From contig VJWM01000016.1 in assembly GCA_010909165.1 (NCBI GenBank), positions 248,001 to 312,000 of the forward strand: DNA of 64,000 nt. The letters run 5' to 3'. The notes beneath the pieces are model-generated. The model was not told where the DNA came from and made no database searches. It saw only the letters and a list, made by a program, of their open reading frames with translations. The translations under genes and the position numbers were made by a program. This DNA comes from Anthoceros angustus. Lineage: Eukaryota > Plantae > Anthocerotophyta. Shown one piece after another: positions 51,070-64,000 of the stretch (position 1 is its first letter; each line of letters begins with the position of its first letter).

Positions 51070-52143
51070 TAAATGACTTTGAAAATTCATTTGAATAGAC
51101 ATTTATATTCATACATATTAATACAAAATATGAGTACTTTTTGAAATTTCTATACAAACGTGAATTATATCTGAGTGAAAAAGATATAGTGTAAAATAAA
51201 ACATATATATATATAATATAAATACATAACTAATATATAATATATAATATATTACCTTACATTCCACACATAACATAGTAAAATATTGATAGGATTGTTG
51301 TATTCAAATTCACATGTAAGAGATAATATCCTATATTTATTTTTTAGATATTCTATATTATTTTCACAAGTATTCGGCATGAATGTTGGCTCACAAAAAT
51401 ATTAGATGATATAAATTTGAATGTCTTTAACAAAACAAAGATATTTATTTCATAAAAGGTTTTTGTAAATACGCCACACACATTTCATAAGTATTGCCAC
51501 ATGCACTTTATTCTACGGCCGTTACATTACTATGATCCCTAAATTTAAACAATACAATTCCATATAATAGATTACATATCTCACATTTAGTTTTTGGATA
51601 TTTTCATGTATATTTAGTAAGCATTGTACATGAATACTTGATAACAATGGTAATGTAACTATTCTTCATTAATTTACGTAAATTAAAAAATATGTACTAA
51701 AATATTATGAGAATTTGTATGTATTTTACAAATAAGAAAATATTTTTCCACAAAGTGTTCATAAATACCCTGCACACATTCATGATTGTCACTATGTGTG
51801 CTTTATGCAACTCCTTGCAACATTACCGTGAACTACATATGGTAAGCATGGCAATTTCTGTATTCAAATCAAGTAACTCTACATCAAGGTCATTGTAATT
51901 CCTACATACAAATCAAAGGACTCTACACCAGAGTTATTATTTGATTCAATATATACAAATTTGAGAACTCGGTGTATATGACATAAGCATTTCTATTTGA
52001 TGCACTATGGTATCTTTATATTGTACATATTATGTTCCATATTGTTTTATTTATTTATTTTGCAATAAGAGTTCATGACACTCTTTATAGATTTCTAAAT
52101 AGATAGATTTCATAAATTTTCGTACAAGAACTGTGATTTTTGT

Positions 52144-52181
<38 letters not shown>
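52144..52181. repeat. (CA)n(TA)n microsatellite
   Basis: Read directly from the sequence. Confidence 0.9.
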
Positions 52182-52769
52182 CGTATACAAAACACATGGA
52201 ACATATGTGTTTGAAGACATTGAATTTATATGGATTTGTGAATTTTTATATGGGAACTATCATGTTTTACTACTTATATGTGTATATATCATATTATAAA
52301 AACATTCGACATATCTGTTCGTACTATATACAAGTTATAATCATTAAGCATAGTGCTTGCATTAGTTGCATGTCTATCCATGTACGCAAATCATGCATGT
52401 TCGCCATAATTTTTGATGGGGTATAATCATAAGATTAAAATTGATGTCATAAGATAATTTCTTAACATATCCATACAAACTTCCACATCATATGTGTTGA
52501 GAACATTGTATGGAGATTGTGCTACACATGTACATTTTTTTATATCAAATTCATGAATAAATTGCATGACACTCTCTATGGAGTGGGAACCATATGATTG
52601 TCATATGGTTTCCATTAACTCTCATTTTTGTGATGCCAAAAGTGTAATAAGACCCCAAGATTTCAACATAATTGTAATAAGAGGGGTCCAAATCTTAACA
52701 TAAAGTGTAATATGATTGCCTTTTTCTAGTAGGGTGAGAGAACTCTTGGGTTTTGTTGGTATAGTGGAT

Positions 52770-53480
52770 CCAATGTGTTGTTGGGAACTCCTGAATAGTC
52801 TGAATAGGGAGGATATCTTGCTGCCAACCTTCATGTCCTTGATTATAGTGCTCTACTATATTATTGGTTCTTGTGTATTTGTGCCATTTCTGGTTATCAA
52901 TGATGGCTCTATAAGCCTCGTTTCTGATTGGCTAGACCTTTAGATAACATTATCTTAACAGGGTAACTGACATGCTGTATCTTGGTTGCAAATTTGGAGT
53001 TAATTGAGTGCAAGGTCGGGAGTGTTGGAAAAGCCTTTCTTGATTGATAGAGATTACATAACATAGTCTTTCCTTTGAACTTTAATTGGCCCTTGTGGTG
53101 ACAGCAAGACACATGCTATAGTTTTATTGTTATAGTCCAATGTGTAGTTGGGGACTTTTTAATGGCCTACACATGGAGGGCATCTTGCTTCCAACCACCA
53201 GTTGCTTGATCATGCTGCTCTGCTTTATTATCAGTTCTTGCTTGGATGGGCATATGCTATATATTTATGCCGTTTTTGGTTATCAATGATGGCTTGTGTG
53301 CTCGTTTCTAATTGGCTAGATCTCGGGATAACATTATCTTAGTAGGGATATTGACATGCTGTTTGTTGGGACAAAATTCCAAGTTGAAAGAGTGCAGGGT
53401 TTGGGGTGTTGTAGCAGCCTTCCTTGATTGATAGAGGATACATAAGATAATCTTTCTTTTCAACCCTTGGGGTGACAACA
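52770..53480. repeat. 2 x ~370-bp diverged direct repeat
   Basis: tccaatgtgt(t/a)gttggg..ggttatcaatgatggct..ggctaga..gataacattatctta..ttgattgatagag is duplicated. Confidence 0.75.
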
Positions 53481-55249
53481 ATGGTACATGCCATGCCTAC
53501 TCCACATCGTAGGCAGCTACTAGAAACTCTCGACCTTCCGCATGGCTTGTGAGTTTGGCCTTCCCCTTCCTCTTCCGTTCTGCGGCCATTTTCCTGCTGT
53601 CATGTGCATGCATTTCTCCTAATGTGGTATTGGAATTCTGCAATCACAGCCATGCATATGCCATACTGATGGCCCTTGGCATGTAAGCAGAGAGAAATTG
53701 CTAGCTGGAAAATTGCAATTTGCACGCTCACCTTGGCCGCCTGCCTCGATTTATTTCTCGCCTATTGAACAACGCCTGGTTTGATAACGTCCTCCACAGC
53801 CCTCACCCATGTTATCCATGCTCCCCCATCCACCTCTCTAGGCCTTGCTCTTGCTTTCCTCTTCTGGCCTCCTCCCTTCTCCACAACCTGCGTCTGCCGG
53901 AGCACCATTGTGCAGGTCCATGCTCTCGGCCTGAGACTCCACTAGGTGTGTGTCTGATACAAAAATCGCACCGGTGTTCCTCTTCCTCCCTGTTCTCCTC
54001 CTCCTCATCATCATGCCGTGACGCCATCAGCCCACCAAGTACCTACTTGTCGAATCCCCTGGACAAATGCCTCATCTCTATACCTTGCCTTTCTTGTCCT
54101 CCAGCCCCCGATGACAGCCTCATTTTTATAATTGCATTAGGCTCAAATGTCCTCATCCCACGCTCCCCCCGGGCGCTCTTCCTCCATTTGTGACACATCC
54201 TGGCTTGATGTTCCTTGCACCCATACATTTCATCTCACACTTTGATGGATACTGCCATTCTCTCCCTATGTACCTGGCCCCCTCCTATTAAGAGACAACA
54301 CATACCTATCACTTGCTGGTGACGCCGCACTCCCCAAGTTGTTTTCGTTATCCCCATTTTTGCCCCTCTCGACACATCCACCCTATCCCTCCCTCAAGCA
54401 ACATGACCACCGCCCATTCCTGCCCCTAACCACTGTTCCCCGTGTTACACAACATCATCGCCCTCGCTATCCTCCACGGTGTCATCCACATTGCCTCTGC
54501 TTGTCCTGTGACTGCCATGCAATGGCCCCACCTTGTTAGTGTGGCGATAGCCTCTTCAGACTTCTAGCCTCACGGCTCCCACCACATGCTAGGTGGACGA
54601 GGAGGATGAGGAGGATAGCCCAGTCGAGCTACCCTCCTCATCCTTCCCACCTTTCTACGACCTCCTATCGCCGGCGCCGTCGCACACACCTCCCAATTGT
54701 GGTGTGTTTACCGGTTGCATACGATCCTTGCCCACCTCCGTCTCACACCATTTCCCTATTCTTGTTGTGCCATGTTTTCTTTTGTTTTTTTTTTCCTTCC
54801 TTGCACGACAACCAGCTGCCATCCTCCCTCATGAGGTTAGCATTAGAAACCTATCCGTAGACATTGAAGGCCTGAAATTTGAAATTCAGAAGCGACCCAT
54901 AACTTGCATGCATGCAGGTGAATCAGCGAGTGTGATTCACGCCATCACGCTTTCCCCTTCCCTAATCACCACCTTCCTTGACCATAGATACGCGACATTG
55001 ACTTGTCGTGACATTGGTTACAACATAACCAAGGTGCATTGCCTGCATTTAGGGTACATTATACTATTTAGTGACTGAATATCGTTAAATATAATGTGCA
55101 AACAGGACAATGGCCCCTATGCCCGCTCTACTTCGTAGTTCTCAGAACACCTCACTAGTCCACACACGTCACTACCCCAACTATGATCACTACTATGTGC
55201 CACCGTCCATGAGTTCCTACTCCCTCCATCTCCGATCCGGTGTGGGAAC

Positions 55250-55520
55250 GACAATTGCCTAACCTATGTTATCCTCCATCATCTTCGGATGCAGGATGGA
55301 TTGGATTATCCGTGATGGCCACACACGCTCCATCGATGGCCACACAAATGGGCCATCGATGGAGCGCACCCTATAAACGCAACGCCTCTTCATGTTAACA
55401 AGGTTGAATCCCATGTACGATGTCTGCAATGATGGTCTGATTCCACTTGGAAACACTCATACCAACGAACCTTCAACGATACAAGATACAAGCTTACACT
55501 CCTCCAAGAAATGTCATGAA
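55250..55520 (-). pseudogene. CACTA TnpD C-terminal (DUF4216-like) remnant
   Basis: LKVRWYE...MGFNLVNMKRR.VY...DGPFVWPS..RVW..DNP resembles KCxWY..GFxLVN..DEPFV.xSQ..QV..DP. Confidence 0.55.
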
Positions 55521-55966
55521 CAGGATCATGCCGGACAAACAGGGCGCTATGACAACCTGACTGAAGGAGAAGCGGGGATGGAGGGTTGCACCTATCATGC
55601 CCAATCCCTCTGCAGTTTTAATTTCCTAGAATACCGAAACATAATGTGTAGGGTGCGTTGGTCTTGTAGGGGAGGCTGGAGTCGACAACCAAAAGGTCGC
55701 GTATTCAAATTTCTTGGTCAGCACACGATTTTGCAACTGGACATGATCGGGGAGGCAAATAGACATGATGTACTTATGCCTGTGCCGTGCATATACATAG
55801 AAAACATGCATGCACCATGCCTTGTAAAATAGCAACATACACGGCCGTGTTCGCCATGTACATGTACATATTTTACGTGCCGCATGTACATACGTCTATG
55901 TGGAATGGAAATAAATAAAATATAGCGATTGCAATTCACACATATGTATCTATACATCCTATACTT

Positions 55967-56093
<127 letters not shown>

Positions 56094-57117
56094 CATATAC
56101 ATACATAGGTAACCTACAATTATCTTCTACACGTATGTATGGCATAAGGCTAAAAAATTAGGCTTCAACCCATGAATAATATGATCACAAAAATATTGAC
56201 AAGAAAAGAAGGTTATGAGGTGGGAGATGTGGTAGGGAAAACCCGCACTCCGAGATTCTCCCACTATAGCGGCCACACTTATCCCAATCGGCCGCTCAGA
56301 CGCTTGGGTTTCATCCCCATGAGACTTGTGAAAGTTCGAGGCCTTGTGATCACCGATCGCGCTACTTGCAGAGACACAACTTCTCGCCTTCTAAACGAGC
56401 AAGGCCCTCTACTAACCCTCTTACAAAGATGCGCCCACTTGCACTGCAAAACTACCGCCTCGACCCACAACGACACAACACACTGCAGGTCCCCGCCTTG
56501 CGGGGAGCCTATCACGGGCGCCCAGGGACCCCCTGACCCACACCGCGATTTCGTCCGCACTTCTAAGACCACTCTTCTCCACTCAGGGAGCGCTCTTTTA
56601 CTTGCAGATTTGGGATTCGTCCCTTAGGCTCTGCCTGTGGCCTTCCGCTAACGCCTACACCCTATTCCTCTACTCATCTCCTCATCCTCTTCCTCCTATA
56701 ACACGCTATTCAGTGAAGGGGGTGAATATCCGAACCCCCTTCTGGTTGAACGAAACCTCCTTCACTAATAACACATGGTTCCCAAAACCGTGTTTTTTGG
56801 ATTTGTGTCCCATACCATGGACAATGATTCCTACAAATGCAGCTTTGTGAAACAACAAAACCAAGGAAGGGTCAGGCGCTGGCTTAGTCCTCAAAAGTAG
56901 TTTGTTTTGTGCGATGATCCATTTCCACATTGACAAAAGGCCTAGTAATAACACAACAAAACTAGGTATGGGTAAATGCATCTGCAAGCGTTGGAGACCA
57001 TCCACTGTTTTAGGTTCCGCCAAAATTGACCACTAGCAGACAATAGTTCACAACTACAAAGCGTCTACACGTCTGGCTAACTTGTGACTCAACGGTGCTT
57101 GTTGACCGAATCATAAA

Positions 57118-59851
57118 CTACGACCAAGTTCCGTATCCGCTCAAGTTCTTCCTCGCATCGAAAACTTCAACCAAAGCCCTCGAGTCCTCGTTCCCATCAT
57201 GTCTTCATCATTACCATCACCCCGCCAAACGTTCTCGAGTGTTTGTTGGCCAGCCTCAACAAATCGCCATCTGCTCTTATTCCGACGGGCACTCAAAGAA
57301 ACCACTTGTGCTTTCAAGGAGTCCTTCTCGATGCAAACCTCCTTTGCAGGCTGCAAGTCCTCTCCGGTGGGCTTCAAAATTCAACTCCTCAAGCGCATCA
57401 CAGGAGCACCTCAAATCCATGAATTCTTTGTGAAATATAACACATCTCAAGTCGGCCTCGATGGCGATACAACTCCTTCACCTGGTAACGCATGTCTGAT
57501 TGTGTCGCTCCCGAGCATGCATCCAACCCAATCTCCCTCTTTGGAGAAGGTTGTAATAAGTCTCGTCATCAACCCTAGTGGTCTGGTAGGCGGACCACCA
57601 ACTTGTCATGTGACATGTAAACTGTTTTTGACAAGCGTATGTGAGCAATGCGGACCTTCCATTGTTGAATGTTCCATGCATAGCATTTGGTAGCATTACA
57701 TCCTTTGTGCTCCCATCCTTGAGACCCCATCCGATAGTTATGTATTCCACAGTCTCAAATCCACCATTGTTCATGTTTGTCTTGTCCCATACGACGACAC
57801 CAAGCCCCTTTCACCTCCACTTTCGCATTGATTCTCTAGCTATGTGCCTCCTCCACTCCATGCATCACAATCATCCCGTTCGCTAGTGGTCTTCTCAAAG
57901 CTTTGGAAGGCAGAATCCATCATTTGCTTATCCACCCTCTTGTCCATAGGTCCAATGTTAAAACCTCGGGCACATCCATGGAGAAGTGTGTCTTGCCCGA
58001 GAAAACCACGCATATCTTGTACATCACGACTTTCGATTTGGTATTGTACACGGCTCTGTTGATGGGCCTGAAAACCTCAAGACCTTCCTCCGGTCCTTGT
58101 CGCTAATCTGCTGCTCGTCTTCAAGCCCTTTCCAATTGTTTATCTCGAAAATAAAATGGAAGTCGGTGAGTTTTGTCGACTTGATGTCTTTGCTGCGAGC
58201 TCGTTAGTCATTCTGCGGGAGAGGCGGCCTCATTTTCGCGTTGGATTGAAGGCGCGGGCGGCGGCGCCTACCTCATATCTGAGTGAGGCGGCACCAGCAC
58301 GTCATCAAACATATGCGAGGACGGGGCGGTGCGGGCGCCGGCCGGCGCCACGCATCGATCCCCGTCCCTTCAATATGAAAAACGATCGGACATACCTTTC
58401 GGGAGAAGGTTTTTGGAATCGTGCTAGCATATTGTCCGTAGAATGTAAAGGATACTCCTCGCGCACCTCTTCAAATGACGAGCGGCCGAGATGCTTCACC
58501 ATTGCTACTTGTATGATATGAAATTTTTCAGATGTGATCTCTTCCTCCATCCCTTGGATCTATCATTAACACCTTCTCGGTGGCGCTTATCGATTATTCT
58601 TGGCCACACTCTCCAAGCTATTCCACGAAAAGATTTCCGGGGCTTGGCCAACATGTCTCTAGGCTTAGCGTACACACTATCAACTTTGCTTGGTCATCCG
58701 CAGCTTGCCTTTCCCTTTCTTGCTTGTCCCCAGAACGTGTTTCTTACGTGCAGAAGCTCTCCACACTTCCCATTTGGAAAAAATCTTGTCCACATTCTCC
58801 CACACCTTCCCATCACCTTGCAATACGAATGTGGGTCCGATTGTCCACTTTGTTACGCTTGTACACGTCGTCCTCCCGCCCTTCATCGTCTTCAATCAAA
58901 CCTAGGACTTTATGCAGTTGTATTTCGACATGGTCATTTGCACTTCTTCCCTCTTTGCGATGATCAACTCGTCCCTTAAATACGACTTGCTCTATAAAGT
59001 TCATCTTCTTTCTTATCGGACATCATATTGTGATCATTGCAAGCACCGCATCTCATGCATGTAAGCCCACAATACACATGTGCTTCAACATATTGGAACC
59101 GCTTCTTTCGGGTGAGATATCCGATAAGTGCTTCATAGCTGCGTGGGTGTGGTTACCACCAAGAACTCCCATGACATACTTCTTTGCGCCATTGCTTCCG
59201 ATCCGGCTTGCTCGGATCGGCACACTCGCTCGGATCAATCATACACAAAAGGCGAACTCCCTCCTCTATCAGCCCTTTTTATAACACGGGAGATAGTTTG
59301 CCCAAGCCTCATCAACCCTCCGGATCTGGCGTGCGGAGTAATATGGCCGGTCTCAAGTTCTCCAACTTCACTAAAACCCGTTTCTGCACCACCTTCTTGG
59401 TATGAGAATCCCTTAGTCAATGGATCGCATCCCTCATAGCCTCTTCCAACCTTTCCTCGTCGGTTTGAATATGAGCGTGGTTATGTCCTCTCCATGGCAT
59501 CTTCTCTTCCACCCTTCTTTGCCTTCTTGGTTTTCCTTCCCAATTCTCCGTCCCATTGTGTGTCATTGCTTGCCCTTGCGCCCACTCGAGGCTCATCGTT
59601 CGGGCATGAAGGTTGAGGAGGCGCCGGCGCCTCCTCTTCCTCCATACCCACATCCCCGCATCGCCATGTCCTTTTCTCCGGGGACGAACTGCTTGACCGG
59701 TGCCATCTTGCTCTCTTTTGTGTGGTGGGAGGATTGAGGTGGGCGTGGGCCGGCCCCACGCACCTTCCTTGAATCTTATAAACCGGTCCGGATCTGGCGT
59801 TGGCTCTTGGGAACGAAGATGGTAGGCGCGGCGCCCTTGGTCATCCGCCAT
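57118..59851 (-). pseudogene. ParB-like domain + beta-class N4-cytosine/N6-adenine DNA methyltransferase (N6_N4_Mtase) fusion, frameshifted
   Basis: ParB-like VLGGNHTHAAMKHL (GGNH at 59149-59160) then DHNMMS..KMNFIEQV; motif IV-like MDVP(x)GFN at ~57958-57979; VVWDKTN..ETVEYITIGW; YQ(x)PLGLMTRLITTFSKEGDWV(x)DACSGS.T..A...RSCIAIEAD (57590-57450). Confidence 0.72.
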
Positions 59852-59949
59852 ATGGTGGGAACCATAACGGAAGGAGTCGGAGTTTGAAGATTGGGAAGGT
59901 CCTCGGCATCTCGATTCACATGCCCCGGATCCGGAAGATCGCTTGACTA

Positions 59950-60870
59950 TTAAAGCCCCATCTTCCTCGTCGATGGGCCAAGCTCACTCTCCTCATGATC
60001 TTCTTCCATACCTTCCACCACATCACGTTCTGTGGAGGCTTGGGCTCGGCGCATAGACATTTCCCTCTTGTGGGCCCTCATAGTTTGTGTAATCTTTTCG
60101 CGATAGCTCGTGAGTGCCCTCGCAACTAGTGGTGCACGGAAGATGGTAGGAAAAACATATCCACAATGTCGTTGAAGAAACTGAGGAATGCGCGGCAATA
60201 CTGCACGTCTCTGCATGGAATCGCGGAAATCTTCAACAAGGCCACGAGGTGCACACTTCTTCCATGAAACCCTTTGGGCTAAGAACAAGAGACTTGTATA
60301 AGCGGATCTGAAACTTCCTCATCTTGGTATGCCTTTGTGGTGCACAAAAAGTGAACTACCTTCATTGAAGTCCAAAGTAGCCCAAACAACCCCACGCTCT
60401 TGCTCTACGATTTGGCGAGCCCCCCATATCCATGATCCACAACTTCAACAAAGGGGTCCATGGCGCATTGCGGTCGATGAGGCATGGATCACACTGCATC
60501 AGTCCTTCTCCACAACCACAACATTGTCGGATACCGCTGATATGGGCCAGTCTCCTCCTCTGTATATGGAATGGGTGGAATAGGTTGTTTCGCTCTTACC
60601 AACCTTAGTCCCTTGCTCTCCAGCAACCTTTGTGGGATTTTGGAGGATGGATCTGTGCCCGTTTTGCAGAAGAATGCCTGCCCCCCTCTGGAGCATGGCG
60701 GATGGCAAGATGTCTCCAATGACTGGATGGAGGTGCCTCGCGATGTCCTGGGCGCGCTGCTCGCCTTTGAGCCTCCTCGGCCTTCTTGAAGCCGCATGGC
60801 GGGCGTCATATTCCTCAAAGGCTGGTCCTTCTTGCTCCTCCCGCTTGCCATCTTGATCTCTGCAATTCAA
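59950..60870 (-). pseudogene. Decayed ORF of unknown function upstream of the ParB-MTase gene
   Basis: Chain of overlapping minus-strand ORF pieces ending ..EEDHEESELGPSTRKMGL*; no domain recognised. Confidence 0.35.
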
Positions 60871-62199
60871 GGCAACCCCACTCCGTAATCACAAAGAGAT
60901 GCACAAAGCCACGGTGACGCTAACTCACTGCTCAGATCGCTTTGCCTCTCAAGAGGCGCCCGCTATCACGGCTTGCGAGCTTGCATCCACGGAGCAAAGT
61001 TGCGCTCAACTGAGCTTGCGGCGGTCTAGGGGCGGGAGCGGCGGCGGTGTGGCTCACTCACTCGCGCGATCAGCGGTGGTGGTGCGCTCGGCAGCGGCAG
61101 CGGCATCACGGTGCGTTGCGCTCGAAATCGGAACTGAACTGCCTTGCAAAGTAGCCCTTAAGTTCGGAGGCCTTAAGCTAGCGCGTGTAAAAGTAGGGTT
61201 TTCTTCCATAACCCCAAATGGTTTTCATAACTGTTCTCTAAAATAACCCGCTACCTTAAACTCAATTTTGACGAGCTTACTATTTTAGGTATCGCCGCCA
61301 TCAACTTTTCGCAGGTGGCTACAATTATGCTTGGATTTTCCGTTACAATCGAACCACTTCATTGTCCGCACTTATTTGAGGCAATCCCATCAACCTCTTA
61401 GGCGGTGGCACTCGGGGATGCGAGGGCCGTCCGGCGCCATATAAGCCGGGGAGGAGGCTTCGATGTCGCTAGCCACTACACGGTGCTCTGCAAAGTCTTG
61501 TGCTTTCCTTCCTTGCGCATTCGATAAGTGCGTGCGATGTTGCATTTACGCTGCGCTGCGGGAGATGAGGTTGGTCTTGTTTCGCCATTGTCTTTTCCAC
61601 GCATACCATTCGATACGATGCAACTTGTGACCATGCACGTGGCGCAGGAGGTTCAAGTGGAGGACCGGGCCCTCGCAATTCCAAAGAAATGGAGACATGG
61701 TGGAGGAAGAGGCTCGCTATCTTGAGCGCTCCTCCAAGTTCACATATTCCGGTGCAATACCCACGAGTCCTCCACATGAAGGTTTGTTGTGGTTACCACT
61801 TTTACTTTTGGAAGAGGCAATCGGGTAGCTTGTTAAGTGCATGTTATTACATGTAGGCTCTAGCAGGCGTCGACACTTGGCGTCACCAAACATGCAGGTG
61901 TGCCTCACACCCAGAATTTGCATCTATCTGTGACCATTGAGGGAGCCCATCTACACGCCTCCCATCCGAAATTGAGTCCTCATCCCTCAAGCTGCGTGAG
62001 AATGGACCACTGTTGCAGCGGGGATTGTTTGATGGTGGTCACGGTAGAAGACCTCCCAGGGCGGGGAGCACGAACCCTCAGGGATGAAGATGAAGGTGAC
62101 CACTTCCGGACACACTGCCGCGTCAGCGTTCCATCCCAAGCCGGGTGAGACGGCGCGTCAAGCAAAGCATTGCACCTCAAGCGGAGACCGTGGTGTCAC

Positions 62200-63900
62200 A
62201 TTGAAGAAAAGTGAAGGAGAGTGTGGATTTCAAAACCATGTTGCAATCAAATGTGCTTGAGAAGAAAAGTTTCGAGCGGTACGATTCTAAGGATGGGGCG
62301 AGCAAGAGACATTTCTAGAGTCCTTGGTTCAAGCGAGAGAGGGGATGTGAAAGGGGTAAAGTATGCACACACATTTTGGGGTCCATTCCTTGCTTGAAGG
62401 CATTTAGAAGAGTATATTGCATAGGGCTGTGATATGAGGGAAAAGAGCGTAATCATTTGAATGCCCGTGGGATGGTTTCAGCCTAACCCCAAACCACGGT
62501 CTTCTTATGCTGGGAGCGATATCACGGATGGATAAGACATTTCTAATGATGGCCTGCCGAACGTGGAGGTCTTCAACCTTCCGAACATACACAAGGTTGG
62601 AAATATGGAGTATGTCGGCGGCAATGCGAAACCTCGGGATCCTCTATGTGAAATATCCATGGTTCTTGAAGTTATGGAAAAGCAACTTCCCAAGAGTGAA
62701 AATACCAAAATCCAACAGGTTTTCCACGTGCTCACTCTGCAGTCCAAGAGCACAATTAGGAACATCCAAATCCGATCAAGGTAATTGTTACCACTTTCGG
62801 CGGCTGGTTGACATGCATGGGAACTTATGACAATGGTTTTCTTGAGTGGGGAATGGTTGTTTTGAACTCGAGGCTTTATGGGCAAGATCCCTATAACCCG
62901 GGTCTTCGATCTTTGTATGATGGGATGGTGCGGCCTTGAGGCCGTCGTCCACATATGCAAAACCCTTGGGATGAAACCACGAGAGGCCCTTTGTACATGT
63001 GGTGGGACGGCGGCGGCCCCATGGAGCCAAGAACCCTATGGTGCCGTTAAGAGCCCACAGGATGGGGCGCGGCGGCCGGCGCCCACCTCAGTGCTCTTCT
63101 TAAGCACCATAGGGTTCCGTCAGCGAGGATACCAAGCTGCCAACGCCCACATGGCGAAGGACCATAGGTCACCTACAATTTATACATGTGGTGGGGCGGC
63201 AGGCCCCCCCCTCAAAAGCGATGGCATGGATTGTGGTTGCTCGTGAAATGCGGCCAGCGACAATTGCGCGCTAGGGCGGAACATGAAGGTTCTTCCTCCG
63301 TTGATTTGGGGCGGGGCGTCGCCCAGGCGATATCTTGTCTGATAGGAGGGTCCTTCATATCTAAGCGGATGTCTCTTCAAATGTACGAGTGTGTATGTTT
63401 TAAATGAAAAATATCAAGCGGCTTTAGATGCCCATCGTTTGCGGTTACATCGAGGCGGTGAAGATGGCGAAACAGAGCAAGAGTTATGTAGAACCACATA
63501 TGTACCTTCTACTTTCAATCGATGGAATGGACCAAAAGACGGAGATTCCCCATCTACTTGATGGCCAAAGAACTTGGATGAGAGTGCGTATTCGAGTTCA
63601 TGTGGTTGGGTGCATGATCACAATTACACGTTTAAGGCAAGAGCTTACTTGCATTATGCGAACTTGAATGATGCCAATCTTCACGATTACCATCATCCGG
63701 GATGTTATTCATTCTGAAGGAGTATTGCCGAAAGTGTTATATTTGCAATTGGACAACACTGCGGAGAACAAGAATCAAGCTGTTTGCATATCTCAACATG
63801 CTCGTGGACATGGGGACGTTTGAAAAGGTGAAAGTGGGGTTTTGTTGGTGGGGCATCGCATGATCAAATCGACCAAATGTTTCATGCTTTTCAAAAGCTT
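62200..63900 (+). pseudogene. Sola-like DDE/DDD transposase (DUF7869-type) with intron 62781-63428; probably continues past the window
   Basis: CCNQMCL; CLKAFRRVYCIG; FLKLWKSNFPRVKIPKSNRFSTCSLC; SIDGMDQ (63515-63535); DANLTITII; LPKVLYLQLDNTAENKNQ; FEKVKVGF.LVGH.HDQIDQMF. Confidence 0.8.
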
Positions 63901-64000
63901 AAAACATAAGGAAGGCTCACATTCGCTTCCACGACCGAACCGCGATAATTTTTGAAGGGGTGAATAATCTCGAAGGGGTTTTCATAAATAATCTCGAAGG

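Noticed and set aside
41000-53500. TET/JBP dioxygenase next to Plavaka, as in fungi
   Set aside because: No HxD...H 2OG-Fe(II) signature recognised in the neighbouring ORFs
57118-59851. Bacterial or phage contamination as source of the ParB-MTase
   Set aside because: Embedded among eukaryotic TEs and microsatellites, next to an intron-containing transposase, decayed like its neighbours, and without operon-like context

Overview
Eukaryotic nuclear DNA from a seed-free land plant, most likely a hornwort (a fern or lycophyte is also possible). The evidence is short spliceosomal introns, a CASP-like gene and a KPAxA-type PLS-PPR. After the first exon of a CASP-like gene (71-411, minus), the window is a nest of transposons: a PIF/Harbinger element with internal tandem duplications and an ASIL/SIP1-like trihelix partner, a CACTA terminus, a CRE-like LINE scrap, an IS3EU-like (rva_4) transposase region interrupted by a complete Ty3/gypsy chromovirus, and a segment bounded by ~1 kb inverted repeats. 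It continues with a nearly intact 8-exon Plavaka transposase followed by a truncated DYW:KP-clade PPR, a GRDP gene fragment and a second ORF, then a CACTA DUF4216 remnant. At the right end, a Sola-like (DUF7869-type) transposase lies divergent from a decayed ParB-like/beta-class N4/N6 DNA methyltransferase gene. The two most interesting candidates are this transposon-linked amino-methyltransferase and the Plavaka locus with U-to-C-editor-type PPR cargo. All domain calls come from manual motif recognition across frameshifts; no searches were run. Many 1-nt indels may be long-read consensus errors.
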